A DNA stretch of 64,000 bases, taken from positions 101,763,449 through 101,827,448 of the forward strand of contig NC_068981.1 of assembly GCF_001194135.2 (NCBI RefSeq), read 5' to 3'. Shown piece by piece: positions 1 to 12,020 of this stretch. The DNA comes from Octopus bimaculoides. Its lineage: Eukaryota. How positions within the stretch are numbered: position 1 is the stretch's first letter; each line of letters opens with the position of its first letter. A program made the position numbers and the translations under genes. The notes under the pieces are model-generated. The model worked only from the letters and a program-made list of their open reading frames with translations. It was not told the DNA's origin and did not search any database.

Positions 1-165
1 CACTGTAAAGTGATTGGCATTAGGAAGGGCATCTGGCCATAAAAACCAAGCCAAATCAGACTGGAACCTGGTGCAGCTCCCTTGCTTGCCAGCTCTGGTC
101 AAACCATCCAAACCATGCCAGCATGGAAAATGTATGTTAAAAGATGATGATGATGATGATGATGT
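1..165 (+). mobile_element. RTE-type LINE/SINE 3' end with (GAT)n tail
   Basis: ggcattaggaagggcatc...gcatggaaaa..gttaaaagatgatgatg matches the 3' UTR following the RTE ORF2 remnants at 46613-47231 and 55470-55885. Confidence 0.75.
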
Positions 166-1984
166 CATAACCATGTGGTTCTGGGTCTGATCTCACAGCA
201 TGACATCATTGACAAGTGCTATATACAATAACCTCAGACTAACCAATGCCTAGTATTCTTTACTGTTTCACTGTTTGCGAGACATATGGTAAGGTCTCAT
301 AGATTTGTTTTACTGTTGAATTTGTTTTTCATGAAAGATTTTTTTACTCCATGGAGAAGTCGAGTGTAACAAACATCCAACTGTTCTTGAAACCTTATGA
401 AATGATTCTGTGGCATGGAAGAGAACTAAATCAATGAGAGTATGAATGATAATTGATTGGAGACCTTAACATGACCCGGTATGGCTGCATCACTTGTTAA
501 AGTTACCTCTGTAGATTTTCTATAGAAATTATAGCCAGCACTGATAACCTTAACAATTGATTTAATAGCATTGCTAACACAAGAGAACACAGTATTAACT
601 TATAAAAGTGTTTAATATACTTTGTAGTATATTATAGTTGCATAATAAAATACAGTGTCCCTACAAGTCATTAGTGTGGCTGCAGTCTCTTCATTTCCGA
701 CTACCTCTACCTGAGCTAGAATGCGCACTAACAGGAGATAATTACCTCCATAGTAAGAATCTATGTTATTGGTCATACATGTTGTTATGTCTCACGCTAC
801 TGCTATCTAGCACCTTCAGATGATCTCTACTCAACCGCTACACGACTGCTACTCAACAGTTACTCAACAGCTATTCAACCCTCTACCACGGCCAGACTAC
901 TTCTATTTATATGTCTTGGGCGGTCCTACTTCTTCACTTGGGGGTGTCAACACTACACATGTTAAGTTTCATCAGCCATATTCTTTCATAATGGCTCAAG
1001 GCATGTTGGAAGAGGGTATTAACTTTGGAGTTTTTTCTCTTACATTGATTTCTTTCACTGCATCTAAGGGTCCCAATCTACCCTTACAAAAATCTATTTA
1101 ACTCATAGATGGTATGGTATATTGATAGGTACTACCATTCCAGGTCAAAACGGACCTGAGAGTAATGGTAATTACAAGGTGTGTCTATGCTCCTCACAAC
1201 TCTAGAACTCCCAAACTGAAACCTCACCACTGGGTGCAGTTTAATGTCTTACCTAGGCTGCAGTCTAATGGACTTGAACACAGTGAAAGAGTAACATAAT
1301 TTTGCCAAAGTCTTATAAGAGATGAAGCAAATATTGATTATTCTTTTTTTCTTTAAAGTGAGACCCAAAAGATAAAAGATAATGGAATGTTTACACATAA
1401 AACTTGAGGTGAATGGAACCTTTAGGCAAGAAACATAACAAGAACCAAGTTGAAGTAACAGAGGTAATCAGATATTGTAAACATATGATTTAACAATCAG
1501 CAGCTATATATCAGTTTGGCTTTTAAACTAATATTGAAATTAATCAAAAGTTTTTTTAAGCTAAGTCTAACATCTTTATTTATTTAATCACAAGACTTTT
1601 TATGCCACACTTTTGTTTTTTCTCTCTACATACAAAAACATACATACATACATACATACATATATCACATACACACACATACATAGATGTATATAACTAC
1701 AATGATTGTTTTAAATTTGTAATTACTTTTTGAACTGAAATATTGGTTGCTTAGAAAGAAAGACAAGATTTATGAATGTAGTTGACAGCTATCTACACTA
1801 TTTAAATATACAGAACAGAAACAGCAAACATTGATTTGATATTATTATTAGAACAGTTTAAAACCTCTTCCTCATCATCATCATCATCACCACCTTCACT
1901 GTCATCATCATCATCATCAAAATTTACATCAGCATTGTATTTTCATATTCAATACTACCGTTATTATTGCTAATATATTTGGCA

Positions 1985-2215
1985 CTCCTAAGGTGGCGAT
2001 CTGGCAGAATTGTTAGCACACTGGGCAAATTGCTTAGTGACATTTCATCCATTTTTCAAATTCTGAGTTCAAATTCTGCTGAAGTCGAATTTGCTTTCCA
2101 TCCTTTTAGGATCGATAAGTACCAGTTGAGCACTGGGGTCAATTTAATCGACAGAGCCACTCCCACCAAAACTGCTAGCCTTGTGCAACAATTTGAAACT
2201 AAGACCATTGGCATC
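1985..2215 (+). mobile_element. tRNA-derived SINE, family D (about 230 bp)
   Basis: ggcagaattgttagcac...ttctgagttcaaattc (B-box-like)...tttccatccttttaggatcgataagtaccag; homologous to 18353-18590 and the 15.5-17.7 kb cluster. Confidence 0.75.
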
Positions 2216-2639
2216 ACTACCACCACTACCACCACCACCAACATTATTACCAGCCACTGCCACTAATAACCCTACCTCAACATTCACAATCGTGACTATC
2301 AGTATAACCAATTCCACTGCCATCACTAATGTGCAGTGTCCTTTTGCCCAGTATATAACAGCCAACAAGTATCTATGGCATGTCATAAAATTGTAGTAGT
2401 GAATAGTGAATTTGTGTGACATTAACGCTTCTCTCAAATGTAAGTAGTAAAGTAGAGCTTTTGACAAACTGCTTTTTTTATATTCTGAGTTTGAATGTGA
2501 CCAGCACTGAATTTTACCTTTCATTATTCTGGGGTTTGGTACAATAAAGCCAAACACTAGGGTTGATTTAATAGTCTGTCCTCTCATCATAAATGCATGA
2601 CCAACAGCCTTTGATAGAAATAATTTCATAACCATTACT

Positions 2640-2863
2640 ATCTTTTATCTTTTAGTTGTTTGAGTCATTAAACTGTAGCCAAGCTGGAGCACTGCCTTGA
2701 AGGATTTTTTTTTGGTTAAATGAATCGACCTCAGTATTTATTTTTGATAAACCAAGAACTTATTCTGTTTTTGCTGAACTGCTAAGTTACAGGGATGTGA
2801 ACAGTTCAACACTCGTTGTCAAGTGATGATGGGGAACAAACAAAGACACAAAGAAACACACAC

Positions 2864-2910
<47 letters not shown>

Positions 2911-3068
2911 TACATGATAGGCTTCTTTCGGTTTCTTTCTACCAAATGCACTCATAAGGCTTTGGTTGACCCAAGGCTATAGTAGAAGACACTTGCCCAA
3001 GGTACCATGCAGTGGGATTGAACCTGAAACCACATGGTTGAGAAGCAAGCTTCTTACCACAATTGCAT
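2640..3068 (-). mobile_element. tRNA-derived SINE, family B (about 370 bp, internal CA/TA microsatellite)
   Basis: Reverse complement of the ggctgtgtggtaagaagcttgc...ccttgggcaagtgtcttctactatagc...gactgaaacaagtaaaag element at 24528-24918. Confidence 0.8.
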
Positions 3069-3877
3069 GTATGACAAATTATTATTTTTGGACATCATTG
3101 TCACCACAACAAGCACCACCATCATCACCACATTCACAATAACTAACCATCCTCACCCCATTCACAATCACCTCTATTATTATAAACAATTCCACGGTGA
3201 TCACTTATGTGTAACACATTGTTTCTTAAATGTGAAACATTTTGATAATCATTGTTTTTGAAAGTGCTGAAGTAGCTTAATTGTTAAAATATTGAATAGA
3301 ATGTTTTGCAGTATTTATTCCAGTTTTCTGCATTCTGAGTTCAAGTCCTGCCAAAGTAAGACTTGTTTTTCATCATTTTGGGATCTATAGTTAAACTACC
3401 AGTCCAGGAAGACAGATTGGTAAAATCATTAGCGCACTGGACGAAATGTCTAGCAATATCTGCTATAATCCTTTGTTTTCTGAAATTAAATTCCACTAAC
3501 AGCCTACCTGTAATAGGAGAGGGCTTTTGGGATCTGAAAAATAGGGATAGTCCTTCAATGTCAGACAGGGCAGGATGTAGGGGTTGATTGGAGCAACATC
3601 TTGATTGTATTAATAAAATAAATGAACCCTAATTAAAGTGGATTACATTACCAGGACAGAGAAGCAAATACTGTTCTTTAGCCCTTGGTTTTCCCTGACT
3701 AAGCAATCATGAGGTCAAAAGTTGTTATAACTTTGATCAGTGTCCTTTTTTTAATGTTATAGTGTATCTTGACATTATCCAATGAGGCATTCTTTTTTCA
3801 AGACCTAAGGGTTTGATTTAAGAGGGAAATTTGGTTGTTATTTCTAGCAAGTTAAAATGAGATTCGAAACTGCTTAC

Positions 3878-3928
3878 CTGTGACGTCACTGCTACAGACT
3901 GTGATCTGAATCACAGCAAACAAACTAA
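3878..3928 (-). CDS. Candidate 51-nt internal exon (phase 1-1) of an unknown minus-strand gene; hydrophobic, signal-peptide-like xSLFAVIQITVCSSDVT
   Basis: Minus strand: acceptor tttgtaattttgattgtttgtttcttttacAG, donor ACAG/GTAAGC, length 3n, only one of three frames open; non-repetitive sequence. Confidence 0.55.
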
Positions 3929-4017
3929 CTGTAAAAGAAACAAACAATCAAAATTACAAAGTGATAATAACATTAAAAATACATCTATACATTTACAAAT
4001 ATGTGAAAAAAAAAAGG

Positions 4018-4059
<42 letters not shown>

Positions 4060-5139
4060 CACACACATACACATCTCTGTAGGTTATCATATTTTAAAGC
4101 TGATATTCACATTGCCATTAGTTGAATAGAAATACCATCAAATTATAAACACTGATACAATGAAATAATCATGACAAATTTGTTAGATCTATAGCATTTT
4201 CTAACATTTTTAAAATGGAAATTAACAATAGTAATGATTATTATTCAGCAAGAAATATAGACAATAGTTGCAAGTGCATTAATTTGAATACCTGCCCCTT
4301 AGGAAATAATTGCTTAATTAAGAAAATAGTGTGTAAATGTTCCATTAAACACTTGTTCTACCAATACTTAGGGATTAACCACTAATAATTTTAAAAGTAG
4401 TTACCATATACACATGCAAATATTTGTAGTAATGCCAGAAATTATGTGACTTTATTGTTCGGCTATGTTTGGGAGTGAAAATATTTAATATGACTCAAAA
4501 TGAAACATAGAGAAGGTGAAAGCATACATAGGTAATTGGTAACCTTATGATTTGTGAAGGTAACACACATATACATACACTTACACATGTATAAATACAT
4601 ATACACACATGCACATATATATAACATACAGTCATACACACACAAGCCCAAAATACAGGAAAGGTAAATATAAAACTATTAGAAAATCTGAAAAAAAAAG
4701 CAACAAGCCCACAAGTGTAACTTGAACCACGTATCCACTGCTTGCTTGGTAGGTGACCACATTACCACAAAAGTAGTGGTGGCATTGATTTGCTGAACTC
4801 AAAGAAGCAAATATCATTGTAGTGTTGGCAGAAGGGACAAAAACAACAACTGGAATGATTCAATAATGGCACATTGTCTTTAGTATCAGTGAGAACAACT
4901 ATGGACAATATTTCTTGGATAAAGCCTTGTGAGAAAATAGGCTGTCTTGTATTCTATCATAAGTATTGTACAGTGTGCTTGGTCAAGATACCTAATTATT
5001 AACAGACCAGTCAATCTTGCTGTACCATACAGTGCTACAGTTCTTCCTGTTACGAAGAGAAGTCCTGTATACTTGACCAGCAGAAGTACTCAGAAATGTT
5101 TGCATATTGTATCAAACTAACATAAGACAGTAAGATGTG

Positions 5140-5575
5140 AATTGTGGGGGAATTTGGCTTCTATTTCAACATACTGAGACACCATGTAGAGGCTTCCACA
5201 TTGGCTTATACATGCCTGCATGCATAAGATGGTAGGTCTTAATTTGAAGGCAATTAGGCTGCTATTTCTAGCACATACATATGCATGCCCATAAGTCAGT
5301 AGGATGTTTTGAGGATTTGAATTGGTTGCCTTTCTATCAGGTCTAGTCATTATATAGTGGTTTGCCCATTAGCTCATAAATGCTTATACATAAATTAACA
5401 GTGTGTAGTTCGAGAGAGATTTGGCTACACTTCTGTCTGATCAAGATACCATGTAGATGCTTCTTTGTTGGCTCAAGTACATATACTAAAGAACTGGGTA
5501 TGATTTGGGAGAGATTTGGTAGTTAATTCTATCAGATTGACACACTATGTAGAGGTTCTTTTATTGGCTCATACA
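5140..5575 (+). repeat. Degenerate tandem array (about 5 units of roughly 100 bp) of an unclassified interspersed repeat
   Basis: Recurring gagatttggctgctatttcta...atgtagaggct...ttggctc motif near 5146, 5248, 5308, 5412, 5505; same motif at about 27630, 34700, 46295, 46478. Confidence 0.6.
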
Positions 5576-5858
5576 TGAAGATGGTAAGATTCCAGAAGAG
5601 AAAGAGATCATTGACAGATGAGGTATTTACACTTTTCAAGGATTACAAGAATTGAATTCAAATCATTGCTGCTGTTTATGAAATTAAACGCTAAGCAAAC
5701 TTTTGGTGTAAGATAACTCATATCAATATATATATATATATATATATATATGGCTTTGTCGGTGCTTGCTTTGTAGATTCTGAATGAAATGCAGATGCAC
5801 TCATACACAGATAACTCATGTATGTACATATGTGTGTTTGTGTGAGTACATATGTGTG

Positions 5859-5891
<33 letters not shown>

Positions 5892-6023
5892 NNNNNNNNN
5901 NNNNNNNNNNNNNNNNNNNNNNNNNNNNNNNNNNNNNNNNNNNNNNNNNNNNNNNNNNNNNNNNNNNNNNNNNNNNNNNNNNNNNNNNNNNNNNNNNNNN
6001 NNNNNNNNNNNNNNNNNNNNNNN
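5892..6023. other. Assembly gap (132 N) flanked by (TA)n
   Basis: N run between TA microsatellites. Confidence 0.98.
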
Positions 6024-6267
6024 TATATATATATATATATATATATACATAGAGTGTAGGCTCGAAATGTAAAAGACATTTTCATTTTGCCAAGTGTCAA
6101 ACTAATATACATGCTTGTTGTTCATACACCTGTCTTTGTCTTTTGTTTTTCTATAAATTTCAACACACACACACACGTACTATTTTATTTGCTTTAGTCA
6201 TTGGTCTGTGGCTTTGCTGGAGCACTGCTGTGTAATGTTATTTGGATAAATCAACTCCAGTATTTAT

Positions 6268-6465
6268 ATTGGTTTCAAATTTTGGCACAAGGCCAGCAAT
6301 TTTGGAGGAGGGAGTAAGTTGATTACACTGACCCCAGTGCTCAACTGGTACTTATTTTATTGACCGTAAAGGGATGGAAGGCAAAGTCAACCCTGGTGGC
6401 ATTTGAACCCAGAATGTAAAGACGGATGAATTATTACTACTAAGCATTTTGCCTGGCATAATTCC
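6268..6465 (-). mobile_element. SINE family D nested inside a family B SINE (about 6181-6665)
   Basis: gaccccagtgctcaactggtacttattttattgacc...gcaaagtcaacc...atttgaacccagaa flanked on both sides by family B segments. Confidence 0.7.
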
Positions 6466-7194
6466 ATTACTTATATTAAGTACGGTACTCTGTTCCATTG
6501 CTCTCTTTTGCCAAACTATTTCATTACATAGGCATAAAAAAATTAACACTGGTTGTCAAGCAGTAGAGGGACAAAACACACACATACATGACAGATTTCC
6601 CATCAACCAAATTCACGGAGTGGGACTGAACTCCAAACCACATAGTTGCAATCCTTCCATAACTATGAGTATAGTTTAGAAAAGAAAAGGGACCATGCTA
6701 TGATGGCCTTTACTAGAAGCACCATATGAAAAGACAGTCTCGAAATAGAATTTGCATTATTTAATCACCTTCATATAATTCACTTTAAAAGTGACAATTG
6801 TTCATGATAGTTTCATAGCAATTTTGTCTTTTTATCCTCCTTCTTACAAAGATATTGATAGATACCAACAACTGTTATAAATTTGTTAGTTTTTCTAGAA
6901 AAATATCATTTTGAGAATATTTTCGTGAATGATTATGACAGCTATATTTATAAGGGGGAAAGCTAACATTCTTGAAGAATTTGTTTCTTTTAGACAAGCT
7001 ACAGTTTGTTTTGTTTATTATATGACCATCTCATATATAACCACTGCAAAAACCAGCATCATAAATACCATAAGCATCACAATCACAATCAGCATCGAAA
7101 TTATGATTACAATCACCATCACCACCGTTCCCACCATGGTAATCACTGCTGCTTCAATCATCGCAATCTGAAGCATGACTACCACCACTGACAC

Positions 7195-7606
7195 ATGTGC
7201 GCGCGTGCACACACACACACACACACAATCAAAGAAGCCTCTTTATTCACATTTCATTTCATCAACACACACACACATGTATACAAAATATATGCACACA
7301 CACACACACACACACAAATGACCAACCAAGCATCTTTATTCCCATTTCTTTAACAACATACACATGCAAATACATGCAGAAACACACATATACAAAGAAA
7401 CATGTATAGAAACACAAACACACACACACACACACACACACATTTACAGACACACATAAAGCAAAAATGCAAGCGCATACAAATCCCTATGTATATATGC
7501 CTATGCTCAGACATAAATATGCATAAACAAAGGCACAAATATAGAAAACTATGCATAAAAAGCACATGTGCAGTCTCTGTCTCTCTTTCTTTGTCTGTCT
7601 GTCTGT

Positions 7607-7644
<38 letters not shown>

Positions 7645-7988
7645 TGTATAAATACTAACACACATACAACCAATCAACCAAATGTTTTCCATTTCCATTT
7701 TTTCACAACACCCCTACACACTTTTGTACAGAAACAACATACAGATAGACAAAAAAAAACAACATAAAAATACATACAGTAACATATATGCAAATAAAAA
7801 GTGAACATGCACATACACAATCATTCTTACACATACATATATACATGCATAAGACACATGCTCACACACATATGCATGTACATTCACAAACATGTGCACA
7901 CACACACACACACACATACACACATATAAAGACACACACATGCATATAAAGACACACACACACATATATATATACATGTGTAACACAT

Positions 7989-8042
<54 letters not shown>

Positions 8043-8045
8043 GTA
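7195..8045. repeat. CA/TA/CT-rich compound microsatellite and low-complexity region
   Basis: Multiple (CA)n, (CT)n tracts. Confidence 0.9.
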
Positions 8046-8591
8046 CACCTGTCTCTAAAGATTTTTACAGTTTGCATGGATGGATACTTTTGCATATTAA
8101 GCTGCTTGAGCTTGAAATAGAACCAGACTGATCTAGCAGTGAGGGAACTCAAGCATCAATAACAAGAAGAAAAAGTAAAAAAAGTAAAAAAAAAAAAAAA
8201 ATACAAACAAACACTACAGCTACAACAACAATATTGATTTCTTAGAAAGGCACAAGGTCACAAATCTTTGAGAGAAGGAGGGTTGTTGATTATATTGATT
8301 CCTCCAATATTTTACGGGTATTTATTTCATTAATCTCTATCCACTTAGTGATAAATATGAAAAGTAAAGTCATATTGAGTGGGACTTGAACTTGGAACAT
8401 ATGCAAGTTGTTTCATCTGACGAGTCCGCTGCCCTAACCACTGGGCCATTGCGCCTCCACTCTGACAATGTACTGATGCTGTTACTCCACATTGACCCTC
8501 CACCTCTCCTGGGGAAAGGATAAAATTTACAGGACCAAAATTGTAGATATGCTATCAGTCAGGGTTAATCATTCATATACATATATATCAC

Positions 8592-8820
8592 ATCATCATC
8601 ATTTAAAGTCTGTTTTATATGCTGGCATGAGTTAGACAGATTAACTGGGATTGGTATGCTGGACAGCTGCATCAGACTCTAGCCATCTGTTTTGACTTAG
8701 TTACTATGGCTGGATGTCCTTCCTAATACCAACTACTTTAGAGAGTACTGGGTGTTTTTGTGTGTCACCAGTACGGGTACTTTTTATGTGTCACTGGCAT
8801 GGACGCCTTTTAACAGGTCA
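8592..8820 (-). mobile_element. RTE-type 3' end fragment
   Basis: catcatcatcatttaaagtctgtttt...ggctggatgtccttcctaat = reverse complement of the RTE tail. Confidence 0.65.
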
Positions 8821-8833
8821 CAAGTAAAAGAAG

Positions 8834-8876
<43 letters not shown>

Positions 8877-8881
<5 letters not shown>

Positions 8882-8998
8882 CGATTTAAAAGAGAGCTCA
8901 AAACTAATCCATTGAAAATACTTTATTATAATAATGATAATTATTATAATAAAGTATTTTTAATGGATCAGTTTTGAGCTCTCTTTTAAATCGATATA
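8877..8998. repeat. Near-perfect palindrome: 59-bp arms, 4-nt loop, 2 mismatches
   Basis: 8877-8935 is the reverse complement of 8940-8998 except at pairs 8906/8969 and 8914/8961. Confidence 0.95.
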
Positions 8999-9087
8999 AA
9001 TACAAAAACTCACTTGTGAGTATTTTGCTACGTTTGTTAACAGATACAATATTTTTGCCTAATTTTGGTATAAAAATATATATAAAT

Positions 9088-9121
<34 letters not shown>

Positions 9122-9126
9122 TTATA

Positions 9127-9262
9127 TATCTGTAAAAATATGTGACACTTATTTGGTAGCCATAATAAAACTCCAAGTTTTGGATGCTGGGGTGGGGGCC
9201 CACGCCAACATCTCTTCAGTTATCCGGCCATGGAGAATTCCTGTCACATATTTTTACAGATA
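9127..9262. repeat. 21-bp perfect inverted repeat enclosing a decayed hammerhead
   Basis: tatctgtaaaaatatgtgaca (9127-9147) / tgtcacatatttttacagata (9242-9262). Confidence 0.9.
9159..9229 (-). ncRNA. Degenerate type I hammerhead ribozyme motif (probably inactive in this copy)
   Basis: Minus: GCCGGAUAA CUGAAGA GAUGUUGG-CGUGGGCCCCCACC-CCAGCAUC C AAA ACUUGGAGU U UUAUUAUGGC; stems I, II, III form, but G12 reads A (position 9181, a CpG-type transition). Confidence 0.6.
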
Positions 9263-9504
9263 AATTCCTCTATTTACATAATATCGAGGTCTCTTTCTTT
9301 CTTTTGTTGTCCTTCCTATCAATATATATGTATATATATATCATCAGTAAATCATAAATCCAAAGGAGAAACACACTCTAAGTTATAGAGCAGTAGAGTA
9401 ATTAATTAAAAATAGTTATGGCTGGTCTATGGGGTTACCCAGGGTTTCATGTCATTTATTCTTTTACTTGTTTCATACTGTACCTTACTGGGGCACTACC
9501 TTTA

Positions 9505-9732
9505 ACCTCTTAGTATTCAGATTATTCTGTCAAATGTAATGTTCATTTATTTATATTGCTTTAAATTAATCATGCATTGTCTTGTAGTTTAGAGATATCA
9601 GTAATGTAATTGCTTAGCTTTAGAATGACATTTTCAGGATGAGGTTAGAGGCCAGATCTGGCCAACTTCAATGTAAAACAGGTTAAATATTTTGGCTGGA
9701 TATGGCCAGTTTGAATGCTAAAGGGCTAAGGG
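9505..9732 (-). mobile_element. piggyBac-type MITE (TTAA-flanked, about 220 bp) inserted in a family B SINE
   Basis: TTAA at 9501-9504 and 9733-9736; TIR cc(t/c)tttagcattca; homologous to 27752, 36783, 63330 copies. Confidence 0.75.
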
Positions 9733-10140
9733 TTAATTAAGCAAATCAAATCTAGCATCTACATTAAGTATTGTATTTATTTTATTGGTCTCTTTTTCCA
9801 AACTGCTTTGTTACATAAAGAAACCAACACCAGTTGTCCAGCAGTGGAGGGACAAAACATGAACACACACATTTACATGACAGTATTCTCACAGTTTCTA
9901 TCAACAAAATTCTCTCACAAGGTATTGGTGAGTCAGGGGTTACAGTTGAAGACATCTACCAAGAGGATGTGTAGTGAGATTGAACCCAAAACCACATGGT
10001 TGCAATCATTCTATCTATGTGCAATTCTGGACAAGGTTTATTTTGTGGAAGAATAACTGTTGTCCATATATGTAGGCCTTTTCTCTGCATGTGACAGATT
10101 TTGTCTAAAGGAAAGGTTTTTCTTAAAGGAGACCTATATA

Positions 10141-10330
10141 GGGTGGGGTGCTGAAAAGTTCGTGACTTTAAGGATTTCACAAAACGCTTGGTTAGAGGCC
10201 CAACCTTTCAAGTTCTTTTACAGGGCTTAGAAAAACTGAAGGACCACTGCAATAAGTGTGTGCTGAGAGGGGAATATGTTGAATAAAATCATAATTAACT
10301 GATCCTCCTGTATTTTCTTTTACCCAAAGC
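10141..10330 (+). mobile_element. Internally deleted mariner remnant (left TIR plus transposase C-terminus)
   Basis: ggggtgctgaaaagttc after TA; encodes LQGLEKLKDHCNKCVLRGEYVE*, a mariner C-terminal motif; right TIR not found. Confidence 0.65.
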
Positions 10331-10504
10331 AAATTTCTTAATCATTCAGTCATATATATGTGTGTGCGTGTGTGTGTTAGTCAAAAAAATTCCAACATGC
10401 AATAATTTTCATATTTTATTTTTAGTATTTTTAGAATTTTACAATATTACAAGTACTTTCATGTATCATAATCATCTTTTGGTAAATATTTATGTAGTAC
10501 CATT

Positions 10505-10893
10505 TGTTGTTGTTGTTGGCACTCCGTCGCTTACGACGTCGAGGGTTCCAGTTGATCCAATCAACGGAACAGCTTGCTCGTGAAATTAACGTGAAAGTGG
10601 CTGAGCACTCCACAGACATGTGTACCCTTAACATAGTTCTCGGGGATATTCAATGTGGCATAATGTGACAGGGCTGACCCTTTGAATTACAGGCACAACA
10701 GAAACAGGAAGTAAGAGTGAGAGAAAGTTGTGGTGAAAGAGTACAGCAGGGTTCGCCACCATCCCCTGCCGGAGCCTCGTGGAGCTTTAGGTGTTTTCGC
10801 TCAATAAACACTCACAATGCCCGGTCTGGGAATTGAAACCACGATCCTATGACCGCGAGTCTGCTGCCCTAACCACTGTGCCATTGCGCCTCC
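10505..10893 (-). mobile_element. tRNA(Arg)-like SINE, family A, full length, young, (AAC)n tail
   Basis: Head ggcgcaatggcacagtggttagggcagcagactcgcggtc...ggtttcaattccc; perfect 13-bp TSD atgtagtaccatt at 10492-10504 and 10894-10906; CpG-rich. Confidence 0.9.
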
Positions 10894-11112
10894 ATGTAGT
10901 ACCATTAACAAACAGCTAATGCACTTTGCAGTTGACAACTGTAGTGAAATGATAGAATTTCAATTTTAAATACCTTCCAATAGGGCCTAACAAGTTCATG
11001 CTTATGAACACTGTTTTAACCAATCAGTGTGCAGCTTAGTGGGTCACAGTTCAATAAACTGTGTTCAAATTTTGGCAAACTTTATGAGGATACATTACAC
11101 ACCAAGAATGTA

Positions 11113-11490
11113 TTTTTATTCTTTTATTTGTTTCAGTCACTTGACTGTGGCCATGCTGGAGCACTGCCTTTAGTCAAAGAAATCAACCCCAAGACTTATT
11201 CTTTGTAAGCCTAGTGCTTATTCTATCGATCTCTTTTGCTGAACTGCTAAGTTATGGGGACATAAACACACCAACATCAGCTGTCAAGTGATGGTGGGAG
11301 AACAAACACAGACACACAAACACACATATATACGATGGGCTTCTTTCAGTTTCCATATACCAAATCCACTCACAAGGCTTTTGGTTGTCCCAAAGCTATA
11401 GTAGAAGACACTTGTCCTTGGTGCCACATAGTGGGACTGAACCTGGAATCATGTGGTTGAGAAGCAAGATTCTTACCACAGCTGCACCTA
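11113..11490 (-). mobile_element. SINE family B
   Basis: Full-length reverse-complement match to 24528-24918. Confidence 0.85.
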
Positions 11491-11963
11491 TGTATAAAGT
11501 CCCATATGTATATGTCATGCATCTATTTATTTATAACAGTCGATTTCTCTCCAGGTATCACAACCTTGGAAAATACATGATACTCAAAAGCAATTTCTTG
11601 TTCAACTCTATTAGTTTGATTAGTAACCACATTCTGAAAGATAGTTCCTGGATACCATTGCTTCTTCTTTATAGCAGCATTGTGACTCTCACCAGCTCAC
11701 TCCAATGATTTCTCCATCAAAAGCTAGTGATGACAGACACCCCATAGGGATATCATGAAACATATACAGTCTACTACCTAATTATATATAAATAATCGCA
11801 TATTTGTATTGTGTGACTTACTTCATGTTTATTTCTGCAGCATATTTATCATCTAAGACATATAGTCATTACTCTAAATTTTCTAAGTCAACTATTTATT
11901 GAATTTTCTTGTGATGTATACAGACTTCATGGGGATGTGTTAAACTTCATGAATATATGTACA

Positions 11964-12020
<57 letters not shown>

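Noticed and set aside
2144-2635. 163-aa minus-strand ORF
   Set aside because: Spans a SINE tail and an (ACC)n repeat
8412-8460. CTGACGA motif
   Set aside because: Junction of two SINE fragments; no stem II or GAAA. Other CUGANGA hits noticed (about 966, 9341, 29905, 36904, 46143, 46316) also lacked the fold
10820-10893. tRNA-Arg-like sequence (also 58518-58590 and 8421-8460)
   Set aside because: Head of a SINE with body, tail and TSD; no proper acceptor stem, so not a tRNA gene
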